A stretch of DNA of 64,000 nt from Hufsiella ginkgonis (GTDB lineage Bacteria > Bacteroidota > Bacteroidia > Sphingobacteriales > Sphingobacteriaceae). The DNA lies in the NCBI RefSeq assembly GCF_009834915.1, contig NZ_WVHS01000003.1, positions 589,988-653,987 of the forward strand, written 5' to 3'. Position 1 is the first letter of the stretch. Each line of letters opens with the position of its first letter. Below, in pieces: positions 60,235 to 64,000 of this stretch. The translations under genes were made by a program, and so were the position numbers. The notes under the pieces were generated by a model that saw only the letters and a list, made by a program, of their open reading frames with translations, made no database searches and was not told the DNA's origin.

Positions 60235-60580
60235 AGTTTTGAATGATACGTAAATTGAGCGCAACGCCCCGAAAGCCAGTTTATGAACGCCGTTCCATAG
60301 TCTAACGGTGACCGAAGGAAATTAAATAGATTACCGGTAAGTTCCCACAGGGAAGGAAGCAGCAGGCAGGACGCCTTTACTTGTATTATTGCCGGGCAGT
60401 TCCCAAAGGTAAGATTAAATAACTAATCCACTATAATCTAATTGAATAACCCACCCGCCTGAGCAAGCTCTTTTTAAAGGCGGAAAATCATGGTTTCTTC
60501 TATCTTAATAGCGGGTTCGGCAAGCAGTACTTTACGGTATGAACATGAGCTTTATGACAGCGGTAATGTCATTTGAATGA

Positions 60581-61090
60581 TTATTTACCCCTAAGCCTGT
60601 TTTCAGTTACGATGTTCGCTGAAATCTGGTGATAATCATCCCAGAATTCTCCCGTAGCTGCCGGTGTTCTTTCCTTCCGGCTTACGGGCAATTCATATTC
60701 CTTTTCAAAACCGCCGATAAGAACACGAAGTTTTGTGTTCATTGGCAATACGTGGTCGTCTCTTTTTGGAGTAAAATGTGTTACCGTAAGGGATGGCCGC
60801 CCGGGTAACGAATGATCCGGGTGACCGGGATTTTTGTAGCTCCGGTAAATAATGATTCGGACAAGCTCCCCGTTTTCAACGTCTTCCCGGAACTCAAAAT
60901 CATCGAACTGGTCTGACAGCTGGTCCTGGATCTCCCAGTATTCCTCAAGACTGTCAAACCCCACCTGGAAGAACTGGTCCGTCTCGAGAATATATATTGG
61001 AACGTCGATACAAAGATTTTTGAAAATGGTGATAAGAGGCCGGAGGTCCGGTTTATAGTTCAACTTGATCCGGATGGCGATTTTGTTCAT
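60581..61090 (-). CDS. Hypothetical protein
   Basis: Start taken at MNKIAIRIKL (ORF listed from 61144). Acidic central region; no family recognised. Confidence 0.5.
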   Translation of the reverse strand: MNKIAIRIKLNYKPDLRPLITIFKNLCIDVPIYILETDQFFQVGFDSLEEYWEIQDQLSDQFDDFEFREDVENGELVRIIIYRSYKNPGHPDHSLPGRPSLTVTHFTPKRDDHVLPMNTKLRVLIGGFEKEYELPVSRKERTPAATGEFWDDYHQISANIVTENRLRGK

Positions 61091-61760
61091 AATATCTGAA
61101 TAAGAAGTTAACAAATTGGCCTGATGCCTCTTTCCCGCTGTCACAGCCTCAGATAGCTTAGCACATTGAAAGAGCGAAGTGTAAAATGCGCGATCTTCTC
61201 TGCACGTCGATTTTCGAAAGCGCCGATAGCTGTAAACTTAGCAAGAATTACTATGGGAAACCCGGGAAAATCTACGGTAACGATCTGCCTGTCAATGAAT
61301 AAATTCAGAACGCCTTCCGTATTTTTCGCGATTTGTTTCGGTATTATGCCTATCCTTATTTCCATATCGGGCACAGGTGCTGTCGTTAGTATGGCGAAGT
61401 CCTTTTACCGTTCTTTTTGCTGTGTTTAGTTTGGGTCCGGCGGTAAAATACTGTTTTGTGTGATTTAAATTACGTAGCTATTCAACCCCCCTTTCCGTAG
61501 TTAAACAGGAACCGGGCACCTTGTCATGGGCTCCGCCTGGCCGTTAAAGCGCTGCAGACATACTTCGAATGATCCGATTGCTGCAGACTGTCATGACAAT
61601 GGTATAACGTGTTTTGCCCGTTAAAAGACAGCGTTACCTGCCCGGAGCGCTCAAGAACTTATTTGACCAATAGCTGTTGTAACCAAAACATGTGCGATAC
61701 AGGCCATAACATACATAGGCCGCTGGTAATAGAATATCCATCACAAAAAGAAATCATTAA

Positions 61761-63122
61761 ATGAATAAATCAAAAAAATACAGTACCAGCGTTAGAGCTA
61801 TCGGTCTGGCGTTATGCATCGTTCTTGGATTGCTGGCGGGATGCGACAATCAGAACAGGACACAAAATGGCTCCGCGGATAAACAGGCGGATACCGTTAA
61901 ACAAAAAGCCAGTACCGATAATATCCGTAATATCGGGCTTACGCTCCCCGTGTTAGATGCCCTGTTCTTTGAAGATGGCTTCAAAGCTGATCTGAAATCC
62001 AGGCTTCAGCTGACCGATCAGCAGATCCTGCAATTGAAAACAGCTGCCAGCGCTTCCGTCGCTGACCTTAGCGAAGATGGGATTGACTATCTTGGTTCCG
62101 CACGTGAGGCGACCAGGCGTTCCGATGAGCAGATCCGAACCATTTTAGGACAGGAGAAGGCCGATCAATTGTACCAGCTGGTTGCTGAACGTTATGCCGG
62201 CGGCGACGTGGAAGGCTTATTCCCTACGCAACCTAACGCTGTTCCGAGTGATACACGCGTGGTGGTGAATGCGCCTGCCTTCCGGATGGATGTGTTTCAA
62301 AACGGCAAATTGCTAAAGACCTACCGGGTAGGCATCGGTTATCCCGAGTTCCCGTTACCTACCGGCATGCGCCGGGCTGAAAACATTATTTTCAACCCGA
62401 CCTGGACGCCGCCCGATGAGCCTTGGGTAAAGGGGAAAGTACAGGCGGGCAAAAAAGTAGCTGCAGGCAGTGAGCTCAATCCGCTGGGCCCGATCAAGAT
62501 CCCGATCGGGATGCCTTCTCTTATTCATGGCGGCAAAGAAGTGTCTAAATTGGGGAACTTCGCCTCGCACGGATGCGTAGGCCTGACTGATGGGCAGGTC
62601 CAGGATTTTACAGGCATGCTGACGCAATTGGCAGGCAAGCCCATGTCTATGGACAGCATACTGGGCTTTGAAAAAAGTAAAAGGAAAACCCAGTCCGTTA
62701 AACTGGAGAAGCCGGTGTTGATTGAGCTTCGCTATGAAACTATCGTAGCCGGGGGCGGGAGCCTGCATATTTACCGGGATGTGTATGAACGCGGTACCAA
62801 CACGCTTGAAAATGCCACTCAGGTGCTGAAGGTCTATGGGGTCGGCTATCAAAGCCTGAGCCCTCAGGAAAAAGAAGCGCTCACAAACGCTTTAAATGAA
62901 ATGAACCTGGATTCACAAGGCAATCCGATCGTCGGCAATATCGAGGCAGCCGGGGACACCACTATTAAAACAAAGGATGGCGTCGCTCCAGGCAAGGTGG
63001 AACGGGCAAAGAAAGGAAAAGTTACCCGGGCAGTAGCAGGCCGGAAAGAGATTGCTGTTCCGGTTGCCGGCCTGCAAGGTAAGGGTTATCCTGGCCCGGT
63101 GAACCTGGATGAGGGCAAATAG
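61761..63122 (+). CDS. L,D-transpeptidase (YkuD domain) lipoprotein
   Basis: Lipobox LGLLAGCDNQ; catalytic region LIHGGKEVSKLGNFASHGCVGLTDGQ (His...Cys of the YkuD fold). Confidence 0.8.
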   Translation: MNKSKKYSTSVRAIGLALCIVLGLLAGCDNQNRTQNGSADKQADTVKQKASTDNIRNIGLTLPVLDALFFEDGFKADLKSRLQLTDQQILQLKTAASASVADLSEDGIDYLGSAREATRRSDEQIRTILGQEKADQLYQLVAERYAGGDVEGLFPTQPNAVPSDTRVVVNAPAFRMDVFQNGKLLKTYRVGIGYPEFPLPTGMRRAENIIFNPTWTPPDEPWVKGKVQAGKKVAAGSELNPLGPIKIPIGMPSLIHGGKEVSKLGNFASHGCVGLTDGQVQDFTGMLTQLAGKPMSMDSILGFEKSKRKTQSVKLEKPVLIELRYETIVAGGGSLHIYRDVYERGTNTLENATQVLKVYGVGYQSLSPQEKEALTNALNEMNLDSQGNPIVGNIEAAGDTTIKTKDGVAPGKVERAKKGKVTRAVAGRKEIAVPVAGLQGKGYPGPVNLDEGK

Positions 63123-63200
63123 GCGCCTCAATTGGCGGGGGAGAGATCCCGGCAAGATGCCGGTGTATGGATGGGGGCATGATTTTACGGAGCTTTAAAG

Positions 63201-64000
63201 CTAGTGAGAAATCGGCAACCGAATAAGGAAGACGGTGGACGCGCCTTCCTGGCTGTCGGCTTCGATACTGCCACCGTGCAGTTTGACGATCACATCATAG
63301 CTAAGCGACAATCCCAGGCCGGTCCCTTCGCCGGATGGTTTGGTCGTGAAGAACGGCTGGAAGATCTTCTCCCGTATGGATGCCGGGATCCCGTTCCCGT
63401 TATCCTTCACCGATATAAAAATTCCGTCTTCACGCTGCCAGGTTTTCACCTCTACCAAAGGCTTATAACCGGTACCATTGTTTTTCGCCCGCTCTTGTGT
63501 AGCCTGGAATGCGTTATTAAAAAGGTTGAGCAATACCCTGCCGACATCCTGGGAGATAATGTTAGTTTTTGGCAGCGAAGGATCGAGATCGGTCAGCATT
63601 TCCGCATTGAACGTTTTGTCCTTCGCCCGTAATCCGTGATAGCTCAGCCTGAGATATTCATCGGCCAGCGCATTTATATCCGTTGGCTCCTTGTTACCGG
63701 TGCTGCTGCGCGAGTGCTGCAACATGCTCTTGACGATGCGGTCGGCCCGTTTCCCGTGGTGATGGATCTTGCCGAGGTTCTGGTCAAGGTTACCGGCGAT
63801 GGCCTTTACGTCGTCCATGTTACCCGCGTCGATCTCCTCCTGCAGCTCGGTGAGCAGCTCGCGGCTTACTTCCGAGAAGTTATTAACGAAATTTAACGGG
63901 TTCTGTATTTCGTGGGCGATACCGGCTGTTAATTCACCCAATGAAGCCATTTTTGCTGATTGGATGAGCTGTGACTGAGTGCTGTTGAGCTCGTCGAGCG
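63201..64000 (-). CDS. Sensor histidine kinase, C-terminal part (HisKA + HATPase_c); N-terminus lies beyond the window end
   Basis: ...[25 protein letters not shown] (H-box) ...[25 protein letters not shown]; reading frame stays open to position 64000. Confidence 0.85.
   Translation of the reverse strand, partial: LDELNSTQSQLIQSAKMASLGELTAGIAHEIQNPLNFVNNFSEVSRELLTELQEEIDAGNMDDVKAIAGNLDQNLGKIHHHGKRADRIVKSMLQHSRSSTGNKEPTDINALADEYLRLSYHGLRAKDKTFNAEMLTDLDPSLPKTNIISQDVGRVLLNLFNNAFQATQERAKNNGTGYKPLVEVKTWQREDGIFISVKDNGNGIPASIREKIFQPFFTTKPSGEGTGLGLSLSYDVIVKLHGGSIEADSQEGASTVFLIRLPISH

Overview
64 kb chromosomal window from a Bacteroidota genome (Sphingobacteriia-like: about 50-55% GC, SpII lipoprotein signals, TAnnTTTG-type -7 boxes, no Shine-Dalgarno dependence). 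Coding density is high, with about 55 genes. I found no rRNA, tRNA, CRISPR array, transposase or integrase. Content is housekeeping (argS, tex, mnmE, ribD, ABC-F ATPase, a putative bTHX ribosomal protein) mixed with envelope, stress and signalling functions. Notable content: (i) two paralogous chemotaxis-like modules with no MCP or CheA/CheW. One is a 1064-aa CheB-CheR-coiled-coil-PAS-HisKA-HATPase fusion. The other is a split version: CheB-like methylesterase with a C-terminal Zn-ribbon domain, PAS histidine kinase, LuxR-type response regulator. (ii) A four-gene arginine/citrulline operon (ADI-like, CtlX-like amidinotransferase, RibD, DMT permease) divergent from argS. (iii) An mprF-acvB/virJ aminoacyl-phosphatidylglycerol synthase/hydrolase pair. 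(iv) Flotillin tightly coupled to an orphan ChrR-like anti-sigma/cupin protein. (v) An orphan 7TM histidine kinase at the end of an ABC importer operon. (vi) A decayed aldo/keto reductase pseudogene next to an HxlR regulator with palindromic operator candidates. (vii) An alpha/beta hydrolase whose nucleophile elbow reads GHNLG (Ser to Asn). Four further sensor kinases and several LuxR/NarL response regulators are present. All calls rest on my reading of the ORF translations; no database search was run.
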